Shown piece after piece: positions 17,616-26,787 of a stretch of DNA of 64,000 bases. Under the pieces are notes generated by a model, which saw nothing but the letters and a program-made list of their open reading frames with translations, was not told where the DNA came from and ran no database searches. How positions within the stretch are numbered: the first letter of the stretch is position 1; the number at the start of each line of letters is the position of its first letter. A program made the position numbers and the translations under genes. The DNA is from Gammaproteobacteria bacterium. GTDB taxonomy: Bacteria; Pseudomonadota; Gammaproteobacteria; Pseudomonadales; Azotimanducaceae. The stretch lies in the NCBI GenBank assembly GCA_026707045.1, contig JAPOXO010000031.1, positions 15,654 through 79,653 on the forward strand, read 5' to 3'.

Positions 17616-19505
17616 TCACCACCCTTGCAACAATTCGAACATACCGGCTGGACCTTTCTCAAGGGTCTTGGCATCTTCTTCTGTGAGAAACGTCTTAGCC
17701 TCTTCGATTTGCTCGTCGGTCAGATTTTTCTGAAATTGGTTGTAGGACACAATCACCAATGCCGCTCTCGACTTGATCTCGTCCGAGGGAAAACGGTCCA
17801 TCGAATTGAGCACTCCTTCTGGATCGGACCCCGCCCAAGCCGCGGCCACTCCCATGTACACCTGGTTCCTTTCGGATTCGGGAGCTTGTCGAGCCATATT
17901 GAATGCTTCATCAATCTCGCCATTTTGGATCAAAGCTCCGCTTATCATCGCGAATGCTTGCATTTTCGTAGGACCTTCGCGAACCTGAGGAAGTAGCTCA
18001 ATGGCCTTGTCCAAGTCCGAATAGGCAAGCGAAGCGATTACATTCAACTCCATCCCCATTCCCAAGAACATCCCGACAGCACCCTCTTCGATGGGTTGCG
18101 AGAGTGCCGTGTCCATTGCAAGCTGAGGATCAATCTGAACGAGGCTATACATAATTGAACTCAGCATCTGCTGCCTATCTTGTTCGATAGCGGGCTCGTC
18201 GAGAATCCAAGCTAGTGCCGCCTCATGATCTTGAGTCGCCCAGGTGTTAGCAACGCTGATGGCTGCCATAGTCTTAGCCGAACTATTTTCCATTGCTGAT
18301 ATGAGAGTGGCAGCTTCCTTAGGAGAATTTCTAGCGATCTTGGCTACAGCCGCCGCGGTCGCCGGCTCTTGAGCATTTTTTGGTAGTGAGTCGATTACTT
18401 TCAAGACTTCCCGTGGCTTGTCTCGTGCCCAAGACTCTACAACTTGCTCCACCAACTCTCTTCTTAAGGACTTCTTCTCAACTTCAGCTGCTGCCACCAA
18501 AGCTGACTGCGGGTCCGATCGTGCCCAAGTGCTCGCCACGGATCTAAGTATCGAATTGTGAATATCACGGTCAATTGTCAACGCATACTTGAATGCGCCT
18601 TCGGGATCGCTGTTCACGACGTCGAAAAGGATGTTGCGAATCACATTCTGTCGAACTTGCCCATTGGTTAGGGTCTGGGCTATCTGATCTAGGACAGGCA
18701 ATCCACTTTTCTCGACCCAAGCCGAGGCGATTCGTGAAATGTCCTGCATATGCCGCTGATCGTTTTGCAATTCAAGAGCTATTTCATGCCATGCTTTTTC
18801 CGGGTCTCCAATTGCCTTTTGTATCTTTCGCTGGACTATGACCGAACTTGCAATCTGTTCATCGCCTAGTTCTCGAGCGATTGACAAGAGAACATCATCG
18901 GAGAGATCCATTCGCCGATGCACGATTGCTTGCACAGCAGCTCCTTTCCAGTCGTCTCTCATCGTCGCTGCATGTGCAACGGCCTCATCTAGATTGGACT
19001 GTGACCACTCCCGAAAGATGTTCGGCACATATCGAACGGGATAGGACTGGGAGTCTAACTTCCGTAGTTGTGATAAGGCTCGTTTGGGGTTGAGGTGCGC
19101 AAGTCGTTGAACAATAGCCATTTGCACGTCGGACCTGTCAGCCATCAAGGGGGTTGCCTCTGATTGCTCTAAGAGTGCAGCAGTCTCCGATTCATCCGAA
19201 TTAGACAGGAGAAGCCTTAGTGCCAGTCCTTGCTCGAATGCGTTGCTGATGTCGTTGAGTTCATCGAGACGGCTGATGGATGCCAGCGGTGATACGGGGG
19301 CACTCGTGTCTTCATCGGACGTACTTTGCGATTCCGTGATCGGTTGAAGAGGTTCAGATGGGATTGGCGGGATGGTATTCGCTAGGTGTTCGGTGTTTTC
19401 AGGCGCTATCACTAGCCAATAAACGACACTAGAAAGTCCGATACCAAGAACAATGCCTGTAGAAATGAGCCAAAAAATCGTGCTTGGCGATTGTGAAAAC
19501 TTCAT
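17616..19505 (-). CDS. membrane-anchored helical-repeat protein, paralogue 4 of 6
   Basis: 629 aa with the same architecture and conserved blocks. Confidence 0.8.
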   Translation of the reverse strand: MKFSQSPSTIFWLISTGIVLGIGLSSVVYWLVIAPENTEHLANTIPPIPSEPLQPITESQSTSDEDTSAPVSPLASISRLDELNDISNAFEQGLALRLLLSNSDESETAALLEQSEATPLMADRSDVQMAIVQRLAHLNPKRALSQLRKLDSQSYPVRYVPNIFREWSQSNLDEAVAHAATMRDDWKGAAVQAIVHRRMDLSDDVLLSIARELGDEQIASSVIVQRKIQKAIGDPEKAWHEIALELQNDQRHMQDISRIASAWVEKSGLPVLDQIAQTLTNGQVRQNVIRNILFDVVNSDPEGAFKYALTIDRDIHNSILRSVASTWARSDPQSALVAAAEVEKKSLRRELVEQVVESWARDKPREVLKVIDSLPKNAQEPATAAAVAKIARNSPKEAATLISAMENSSAKTMAAISVANTWATQDHEAALAWILDEPAIEQDRQQMLSSIMYSLVQIDPQLAMDTALSQPIEEGAVGMFLGMGMELNVIASLAYSDLDKAIELLPQVREGPTKMQAFAMISGALIQNGEIDEAFNMARQAPESERNQVYMGVAAAWAGSDPEGVLNSMDRFPSDEIKSRAALVIVSYNQFQKNLTDEQIEEAKTFLTEEDAKTLEKGPAGMFELLQGW

Positions 19506-19534
19506 ACTTTCAATCCGTGCAGGTTACAGTTAGG

Positions 19535-19563
19535 CTAATACGAGCTCCAGCTCTTGATTGCAA
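19535..19563 (-). promoter_or_regulatory. putative sigma70-like promoter upstream of paralogue 4 (TTGCAA-N17-TATTAG)
   Basis: Read on the minus strand. The -10 lies about 29 nt upstream of the ATG at 19505. Confidence 0.25.
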
Positions 19564-19581
19564 GACGAGAAACAGCAACCA

Positions 19582-21480
19582 TCAAAAACCCCGGAACAAT
19601 TCAATCATGCCTTCTTGGCCTTTTTCAAGTGCTTCCGCATCTTCTTCGAGGAGGAATTTCTTGGCTTTTTCGACTTGCTCGTCGGTCAGATTTTTTTGGA
19701 AGCGATTCATAGACACAAGCATCGCGGCAGCTTTCGACTTAACTTCCTTGGAAGGAAAACGGTCCATCGAATTGAGCATTCCTTCAGGGTCGTGTGCTGT
19801 CCAAGCACCGGCAATGGCGGTGTATAAACCTGCTCTTTCAGACTCGGAAAATTGCTGAACCATATTGAGCGCTGCGTCCACATCTCCATTTCGTATCATC
19901 GCTCCGCTTACCATGGAGAATGCTTGCACTTTGGTGGGACCCTCACGAACCTGTGGAAGTAGCTCAATCGCCTTGTCCAGATCCGAAAAGGCCAACGAAG
20001 TTATGACATTCAGCTCCATTCCTACTTCTCCCATTCCCGGCCACATACCACCCTCGCCCTTCTCGATGGGTTGCGAAAGAGCCGTATCCATGGCTAGTTG
20101 TGGGTCAATCTGCACAAGTCGAAACATTACTGATCTGAGCATCTGTGCTCTTAACGCTTCGATAGCGGGTTCGTTCAGAATCCAATCAAGCGCCGCTTCG
20201 TGATCTTGATATGTCCAAGTGCTGGCAACAAGGCTTGCGGCCGAGAGTTTTGCAGGGCCATTGTCCATTCCTGCTACTAAAACTGCCGCTTCTTTTGGAG
20301 AATTGTTAGCTATTCTCCCTATGGCCGATGCGACCGCATTCTCCTGGGCGTGTTCGGGCAAGACATTAATGCCTTCCAATACTTTGCGTGGTTCTTTTTG
20401 CGCCCAAGACTCTGCTGCTTCTTTCTCTAATTCCCGGCGCAAGGAACTTTTCTCAACTTCAGACGCTGCCACAAGAGCAGACCGCGGGTCCAATCTTGCC
20501 CAAGTGCTCATCATGCTCTTAATAGTCGAATTGTATGGGTCGCTTTCAAGAGTCAGTGCATACCGAAACGCGCCCTCGGGGTCGTGGCGGACAACTTCGT
20601 AGAGAACGTTTCGAACCACGGTCTGCCGAAGTTCGGCATTGGTTAGGGACTGGGAGATTTGATCCAAGACGCTCAACCCATCCTGCTCAACCCACGCAGA
20701 AGCGACCCGCGAGATACTCCACCTTTGCTGGGGGTCGTTTTGCATGTCGACAACCAATTCGTTCCACGCCTTTTCCGGGTTTCCGATTGCATCTTCTATT
20801 TTTTGTTGCGTTATGGCCGCAACCGCAATCTGTTCATGACCGAGGTCTCGCGCAATTGAAAGGAGAACTTCCTCCGAGAGGTCTGTTCGTTCCTGGACGA
20901 TTGCACGCAATGCAGACTCCTTCCAGTCGTTGCTCATTGTCCGCGCGTGGGCAATGGCTTCGTCCAGATTGGAACGCGACCACTCATGGAATATGCTCGG
21001 TATGTACCGGCCAGGATAGGACTGGGAGCCTAATTCTCTTAGATGAGCTACTGCCCGTTTGGGGTTGAACTGAGCAAGCCGTTGCACAATAGCTGTTTGC
21101 AGGCTCAATCTGAACGAGTTCGAGGGCATGTTTTCCGATTGAGCCAAAAATTCAGCTGTTTGGGCCTCACTTGAATCGGCTAAGAGAATTCGAAGCGCTA
21201 AACCTTGCTCAAATGCGCTCTCAATTCTCTTAAGATCGTCAAGGTTCCGTACGTCAGAAATGGACGATTGAATGGAACTGGCTACTTCGTTGGTGTCGGC
21301 TACTTCATGTGCGGGAGGCTCTTCAGCGTGAGGCAGAATTGGTGCGTCAGCACTTGCAATTTGGATTTGATTGTCAGGTAATACGATGAGCCAATAGACA
21401 GCACTCGAGGCACCGACTCCAAGGAGAAAAACTATTGCGATCAACGAAAAGAAAACAGCGGGCGTTTGGGGAAGGTTCAT
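19582..21480 (-). CDS. membrane-anchored helical-repeat protein, paralogue 5 of 6
   Basis: 632 aa with the same architecture and conserved blocks. Confidence 0.8.
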   Translation of the reverse strand: MNLPQTPAVFFSLIAIVFLLGVGASSAVYWLIVLPDNQIQIASADAPILPHAEEPPAHEVADTNEVASSIQSSISDVRNLDDLKRIESAFEQGLALRILLADSSEAQTAEFLAQSENMPSNSFRLSLQTAIVQRLAQFNPKRAVAHLRELGSQSYPGRYIPSIFHEWSRSNLDEAIAHARTMSNDWKESALRAIVQERTDLSEEVLLSIARDLGHEQIAVAAITQQKIEDAIGNPEKAWNELVVDMQNDPQQRWSISRVASAWVEQDGLSVLDQISQSLTNAELRQTVVRNVLYEVVRHDPEGAFRYALTLESDPYNSTIKSMMSTWARLDPRSALVAASEVEKSSLRRELEKEAAESWAQKEPRKVLEGINVLPEHAQENAVASAIGRIANNSPKEAAVLVAGMDNGPAKLSAASLVASTWTYQDHEAALDWILNEPAIEALRAQMLRSVMFRLVQIDPQLAMDTALSQPIEKGEGGMWPGMGEVGMELNVITSLAFSDLDKAIELLPQVREGPTKVQAFSMVSGAMIRNGDVDAALNMVQQFSESERAGLYTAIAGAWTAHDPEGMLNSMDRFPSKEVKSKAAAMLVSMNRFQKNLTDEQVEKAKKFLLEEDAEALEKGQEGMIELFRGF

Positions 21481-21509
21481 AAACTCAGGAAACTCGTTGA
21501 GTCATTCGA

Positions 21510-21538
21510 ATGTTATGGTTTTGAGAGTCTACGGTCAA
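21510..21538 (-). promoter_or_regulatory. putative sigma70-like promoter upstream of paralogue 5 (TTGACC-N17-TAACAT)
   Basis: Read on the minus strand, inside the 350-bp gap. The -10 lies about 29 nt upstream of the ATG at 21480. Confidence 0.3.
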
Positions 21539-21830
21539 CCACTAAACCTCGAGCATGCGTTGTAGAATTTACATGTGCGTTCGAAGCGACACGAGAGCCT
21601 CAAACAAATGCACAAGTGTTCTTTTGCACGTAGTAGTTTTCTCTATTGCAAGCTCTAATAAGTTACTGAAAAATAATGAATCTTAGTAGCGCAAACCACC
21701 GCACATGGATTGGTGCGGGACGGCTCGTAGCCCTGAATCTTAAACGGTAGCCTTACGATGATGGGCGACCTATTTCAGTAGTACTTGGTTTGTGGGGTGG
21801 TATTGTGTACCGTGATTTTCGGTTTGCAGT

Positions 21831-23738
21831 TCAATTTCCGCCTTGGAAGAATTCGAGCATGTTTGCCTCTCTTTTCTCAAGCGATTTAGCATCTTCGTCG
21901 GTGAGGAATTTCTTGGCTTGTTCGATTTGTTCGTCGGACAATCCGCTATCGAACTGGTTGAATTGGCTGAAAGACACAAGCACCAAGGCCGCTTGAGACT
22001 TGATCTCCTTTGATGGAAGACGATCCATCGAACCAAGTAACCCTTCAGGATCGTTTGCCGCCCATGATGTTGTCACTATCCCATACAGGTTGGTCCTTTC
22101 AGATTCCGGTGCTTTCTGGACTATATCCAGCGCTTTGTCGACTTCGCCATTTTGGATTAAAGCTCCACTGACTACAGAGTAAGCCTGTGTTTTTGTAATT
22201 CCTTCACGAACTTTAGGAAGCATTTCAATCGCCCTGTCCATATCCGCGTATGCAAGGGAAGAAATCACATTGAATTCCAGCCCGATGCCCATGCCTCTCC
22301 ACTGTCCGCCCTCGCCTTTGGCGATGGGTTGCGAAAGAGCTGTATCCATTGCAAGTTGCGGGTCTACCTCCACCAGCGTGTGCATAATTGGACCGAGAAT
22401 CTGCGACCTAATATCTTCGACACCGGGCTCGTTCAAAATCCAGTCAAGTGCTGCCTTATGGTCTTGATTTGCCCAGTTGCGCACTACGTTAGTTGCGGCA
22501 TTTGTCTTAGCCGAGCCATTTTCCAATCGGGCAACCAATAGGGCGGCTTCTTTCGGAGATTCTGCAGCAATCGTGCCTAGGGCGGATATGATCGCACTTT
22601 CCCGAGCATGTTCGGGCAACGCGCCGATACCCTTCAAAACTTCACGTGGTTCGTTGTGCGCCCAAGTCTGGGCAACTTGCTTCTCAAGCGCTCTGCGGAT
22701 GGAGTTCTCTTCAACTTCAGATGCAGCGGCAAAAGCAGATTGCGGATCAGTGCGTGCCCAATTCCTTATCACGCCGGTAATGATTGAATTGTGAGTGTCG
22801 TTTTGGATTGTCAACGCATATTGAAGGGCACCTCGGGGATTGGTATAGGCAACATCGAAAAGGATCTGTCGTATTACGTGTTGCCGAGTTTCCAGATTGG
22901 TTAGTGATTGGGAGATTTGGTCCAACACACTCAATCCGCTTTTCTCAACCCATGCAGATGCGACTTGCAAGATGTTGTATCGATGTTGAGGATCGTTTTG
23001 CAGGTCGGCTATCAGTTCGTTCCACGCTATCCCCGGATTTTCGATTGCATCATCGAATTTTCTCTGTGTTATGGCCTCGTCTACAACTTGCTCATTGCCC
23101 AGGTCACGAGCAATTGAACGGAGAACCTGTTCTGAAAGATCTTTTCGTTCTTCTAGGATTGCTCTTAAAGCAGTATCCTTCCAATCTATGCTCGACGTTT
23201 GTGCATAAGCCACAGCTTCGTCGAGGTTGGATCGTGACCAATCCTGGAAAATGATCGATACGAATTGTCCAGGGTGGGATTGTGATCCCAGTTCACGTAG
23301 TTCGGAAAATGCTCGTTTGGGATTGAGTTGAGCAAGTCTTTTAACGATTGTCCTTTGTATGTCGTTTCGAACTATGTACGAGGAAATTTCCTGAGATTGC
23401 GAAAGCAGCCTTGCCGCCTGCGATTCATTTGAATCGGCTAGAAAGATCCAAAGAGCAAGTCCTCGCTCAAAAGCGCTGTCAATATTTGCAAGATCGTGAA
23501 GGCTGCTTATTGCGGCCACCGGAGATTGTCTCGAACCCGATACGTCAGCGGGTTCACTGTGCTCTCGAGCGAGCTGCTCGCTAGTTGATTGCGGTACCGG
23601 TGCGATGACCTCCACACCTTGATCGCTGCTATTCGGAACCATGATCAGCCAATACACGACACTGGTTACGCCGATGCCAAGGACGAAACCGGTTGCGAGC
23701 ATCAAGTGAAGGGTGCGTTGCGTTATGGATGATTTCAT
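21831..23738 (-). CDS. membrane-anchored helical-repeat protein, paralogue 6 of 6
   Basis: 635 aa with the same architecture and conserved blocks. It is first in transcription order. Confidence 0.8.
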   Translation of the reverse strand: MKSSITQRTLHLMLATGFVLGIGVTSVVYWLIMVPNSSDQGVEVIAPVPQSTSEQLAREHSEPADVSGSRQSPVAAISSLHDLANIDSAFERGLALWIFLADSNESQAARLLSQSQEISSYIVRNDIQRTIVKRLAQLNPKRAFSELRELGSQSHPGQFVSIIFQDWSRSNLDEAVAYAQTSSIDWKDTALRAILEERKDLSEQVLRSIARDLGNEQVVDEAITQRKFDDAIENPGIAWNELIADLQNDPQHRYNILQVASAWVEKSGLSVLDQISQSLTNLETRQHVIRQILFDVAYTNPRGALQYALTIQNDTHNSIITGVIRNWARTDPQSAFAAASEVEENSIRRALEKQVAQTWAHNEPREVLKGIGALPEHARESAIISALGTIAAESPKEAALLVARLENGSAKTNAATNVVRNWANQDHKAALDWILNEPGVEDIRSQILGPIMHTLVEVDPQLAMDTALSQPIAKGEGGQWRGMGIGLEFNVISSLAYADMDRAIEMLPKVREGITKTQAYSVVSGALIQNGEVDKALDIVQKAPESERTNLYGIVTTSWAANDPEGLLGSMDRLPSKEIKSQAALVLVSFSQFNQFDSGLSDEQIEQAKKFLTDEDAKSLEKREANMLEFFQGGN

Positions 23739-23766
23739 AATGTAGCGCTAGAGGTGGATTGCCTGC

Positions 23767-23795
23767 ATATTATTTCTTTGAGATTTCATGGTCAA
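23767..23795 (-). promoter_or_regulatory. putative sigma70-like promoter upstream of paralogue 6 (TTGACC-N17-TAATAT)
   Basis: Read on the minus strand. The -10 lies about 28 nt upstream of the ATG at 23738, and the -35 hexamer is the same as in the paralogue 5 candidate. Confidence 0.35.
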
Positions 23796-24364
23796 TTGAT
23801 CCGCAATGCTGAACTGACAGACATGATGCGCTCTTCACAAGTACTCAGATCGCATCTCGAGTGTCGGAACAGCTCCCGCTGATCGGTACTCTGGAATCCT
23901 TTATTTGTTCTTTACGGCATCTGTGGATTGGGCTGGCTTCAAGCACCTTATGGAGCAACTCTCCTTCAGTCAAACGTAAGCAATACACTTTGGCAAGTCG
24001 AATTGGGCAACTGAATTGTTTGAAACGATGAAGAACCCAAAGCGGGTGACTACATCGAGAAATCCGATAAATGGCCAATGAATTCAGCAAAATCCGACCT
24101 ATCTAGCTTGGCTGAGGACTTTGAAAGGGCAAGCCCTGTTTCACTCACAACGGCAGGAACACTGTCATTCTGCGCGAGATGGAGGTGTTCATTTCCCTAG
24201 TGTTCTTCAGTGTCGCCGTTGAAGCTCTGGCCCCGGGTCTCAGCGAGACTACAACTTGTACTTTTCCGCAGAAAGAAAAGAAGCCACCCGGACAAGAGGA
24301 GGCTAGAACAGCATACCGAAGATTTTGAGGGGCAATGGATTGCGAGATCAGTGATCTGTTTTGA

Positions 24365-25117
24365 TCAAGTGACCTCCTTGTACCTTAAGCGCAACATCGC
24401 AAGCAGCACAAGAATAAGAGCGACATCAAACGCGTAAAGGGTTAGCAAACTCAAGTCGCCCCAACTATAGATTGAAGATGTCCCTAGGAAGTCCATCCAG
24501 GCGTTAAAAGGCCCATAACTAGGAAGGACGTACGACACGTAGTAGAAGGGGCCATCCCTAACAAATAGTTCGAACACCCAACTGAGATCGCTGAAAAAGG
24601 TTAAGACACCCGCCACTGCAGGATGCATTACTGTAGACAGTGCCAAGGCCAAGGAACACATCATGAGGAATTGGCAGAAAGTGAGCCACGGGGCGAAGCG
24701 CATTACTGGGAGCATGTCGAGATCGTGCACAAAGCAATAGAACACCATTACACCTCCCATGATCAGAGAATATCCAAGCATCACAATGAGTGCACCGACC
24801 AACTTTCCGAGCAGGAACTGCCAGCGAACTACTGGGCGACAGAGGAGCATGGCGATGGTTCCTCGGGAAATCTCACCGGAAATTGCGCTCGCTCCGACAT
24901 AGATGGCCGCAATAGTTCCAATGAAAGAACTGAACGCATAGAAGATTGCTAATGCAATGAACAACTGAGGTCTAATCTGCGGGTCATCGACAAACTGCTC
25001 AATAATGAAGTAAAAGAGCAACGTGATAATGAACATGCTGATCAGAAAAGCGAGCAGAAAACGGCGATGCATCAGCGTTCGCAAGTAATCTCCCGTTATG
25101 AAGAGCAATGAATTCAT
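24365..25117 (-). CDS. ABC-2 type transporter permease
   Basis: 250 aa with about 6 predicted TM helices. Its start overlaps the stop of the upstream ABC ATPase by 4 nt. Confidence 0.75.
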   Translation of the reverse strand: MNSLLFITGDYLRTLMHRRFLLAFLISMFIITLLFYFIIEQFVDDPQIRPQLFIALAIFYAFSSFIGTIAAIYVGASAISGEISRGTIAMLLCRPVVRWQFLLGKLVGALIVMLGYSLIMGGVMVFYCFVHDLDMLPVMRFAPWLTFCQFLMMCSLALALSTVMHPAVAGVLTFFSDLSWVFELFVRDGPFYYVSYVLPSYGPFNAWMDFLGTSSIYSWGDLSLLTLYAFDVALILVLLAMLRLRYKEVT

Positions 25118-25878
25118 TGGTCGCTACTTTCTGATTGATGGCTGGAAGCTTGATCGGTTCTTTCCTGCTCTATGGTGTCAAAGAAGAGCTTTTCTAGCGA
25201 AGAGTCATCTACGTCATTCCAAGTGCGAAGATCTTCAAGCCGTTTCAATTCGCCCGACTGCATTATTGCTACACGATCGCATACTGCACCGAGTTCAGAT
25301 AGGATGTGGGAAGATATGAACACGGTCCTGCCTTGCTTTTTCAAGTCGAGGACCAGTTCGCGAAATTCGCGGCGACCTACCGGGTCCATGTTCGAGGTTG
25401 GCTCATCGAAAATGAGAAGCTCAGGGTCATGGAGTAGAGCTTGTGCCAAACCCAACCGCTGCAACATGCCCTTCGAATACTTGCTCACCCTACGTTTGGC
25501 ATCGTTTTGAAGACCCACAAACTGAAGCACCTCTTCGATGCGGCGCTTCAACCGGAGAGACTTCAGACCAGACAGCTGACCGTAGAAATTCAGTAGACCT
25601 CGTCCGTTGTGGTAGGTGTGCAAGCTAATGGTTTCCGGTACATAACCCAAACGCTTTCGATGCCTTGCCCCTATCACTGGCTCGCCAAAGAGCTGAGCAC
25701 TACCGCCACTGGGTCGGATGAAGTTCAGTAGCAAGTGAATGGTTGTAGATTTCCCAGAGCCATTGGGACCAATAAAACCGAAGACTTCGGATTCACGAAC
25801 CTCGAGATTGAGGTTCTTCAGAGCAAGCGTTCCACCTTTATATCTCTTGGAGAGATTCTCGGTGAAAATGACGCTCAC
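25114..25878 (-). CDS. ABC transporter ATP-binding protein
   Basis: Walker A GPNGSGKST, signature YSKGMLQRL and Walker B LLIFDEPTSNMD. Confidence 0.9.
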   Translation of the reverse strand: MSVIFTENLSKRYKGGTLALKNLNLEVRESEVFGFIGPNGSGKSTTIHLLLNFIRPSGGSAQLFGEPVIGARHRKRLGYVPETISLHTYHNGRGLLNFYGQLSGLKSLRLKRRIEEVLQFVGLQNDAKRRVSKYSKGMLQRLGLAQALLHDPELLIFDEPTSNMDPVGRREFRELVLDLKKQGRTVFISSHILSELGAVCDRVAIMQSGELKRLEDLRTWNDVDDSSLEKLFFDTIEQERTDQASSHQSESSDQ

Positions 25879-25888
25879 TGACGTGCCT

Positions 25889-26527
25889 TCAAACTTGGGT
25901 CGATAGAGTCTTGGGTTCTTGAAGCAACTCCACTATCAGTTGCTTCAATTGTTTAGCTTTGAGCTTCATTTGATCCTCGCCCACAGGACTGCCCACAGAG
26001 TGGTGTCTAAGGCTCCCGTCCTTTCCGACTACGAACAGTTGTGGAATTCCTTGCACACCGAATTCGCTCTTGGTCTGGCTGTCTTGGTCCAAGACTACAG
26101 GAAAGCTGTATCCCTCAGTCTCGATGAATTCGCGGACAGTGTCGATGTCCTCGCCCACGTTTATAGCCAAGACTTGCACGCCGAGTTCGCCTAGTTCCTC
26201 ATGCAGTTCTTGCAAGGTGGGCATACCTTGCACGCATGGCTGGCACCAGGTAGCCCAGAAGTCCAGCACAACCACCTGTTCATCGCGAAACTCAGCAAGA
26301 GAAATGACTTCGCCACTAAGCCGAGTGCCCGAAAAGTCCGGAATCGCGTCCCCAATATTGAATTTGCTGGGAGCACCGATCGAACCTCCCATGCCAAAGC
26401 CCCCCAACCCCCACACCTTTGTCTTGACTTCGTAGTGAATCCACACGGTCGCAACCGCAAGAACCGCACCTAAAACTGCAAAGACAATTTTTCTTGTATT
26501 CGAATTCATTGCTATTTTCCTAGCCAA
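25889..26527 (-). CDS. TlpA/ResA-like periplasmic thiol:disulfide oxidoreductase
   Basis: N-terminal membrane anchor and the redoxin motif FWATWCQPC. It ends 10 nt upstream of the ABC ATPase start. Confidence 0.85.
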   Translation of the reverse strand: MARKIAMNSNTRKIVFAVLGAVLAVATVWIHYEVKTKVWGLGGFGMGGSIGAPSKFNIGDAIPDFSGTRLSGEVISLAEFRDEQVVVLDFWATWCQPCVQGMPTLQELHEELGELGVQVLAINVGEDIDTVREFIETEGYSFPVVLDQDSQTKSEFGVQGIPQLFVVGKDGSLRHHSVGSPVGEDQMKLKAKQLKQLIVELLQEPKTLSTQV

Positions 26528-26787
26528 TTGCTGATCGAGGGGAGAATGGGTCGACTCGAGAAAACAAATGATGTCAAGACGGTCGAATTTCTATCCGTGA
26601 ATCAGTTACGGGTTCATTCTAAACGAACTTTTCATACTCGCATACATGGGACACGCAGCCCGCCAGCAGACAACTGCAGTGACCGCCATTCGATGGATTT
26701 GACACAGCCCGATTCATTCGGAGCTGCATTCAATACGTACCCAGAAATGTACTGACACTCCTATAGGAGCGCAAATACATCTATATC

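Noticed and set aside
12229-23584. Many 60-177-aa plus-strand ORFs inside the six-paralogue array (for example 17523-17996, 20535-21068 and 22784-23254)
   Set aside because: All are antisense to long, mutually conserved minus-strand genes. Their translations are Arg/Ser/Cys-rich and low in complexity, and they are not conserved between the paralogue copies. They are a codon-bias artefact.
24365-26527. Interpretation of redoxin + ABC ATPase + permease as cytochrome c maturation CcmA/CcmB/CcmG or as gliding GldA/GldF(/GldG)
   Set aside because: No ccmC/D/E/F/H genes are nearby, and the permease looks like a generic ABC-2 protein rather than CcmB. The adjacent 620-aa proteins are all-helical repeats, unlike the mixed alpha/beta GldG auxiliary component.
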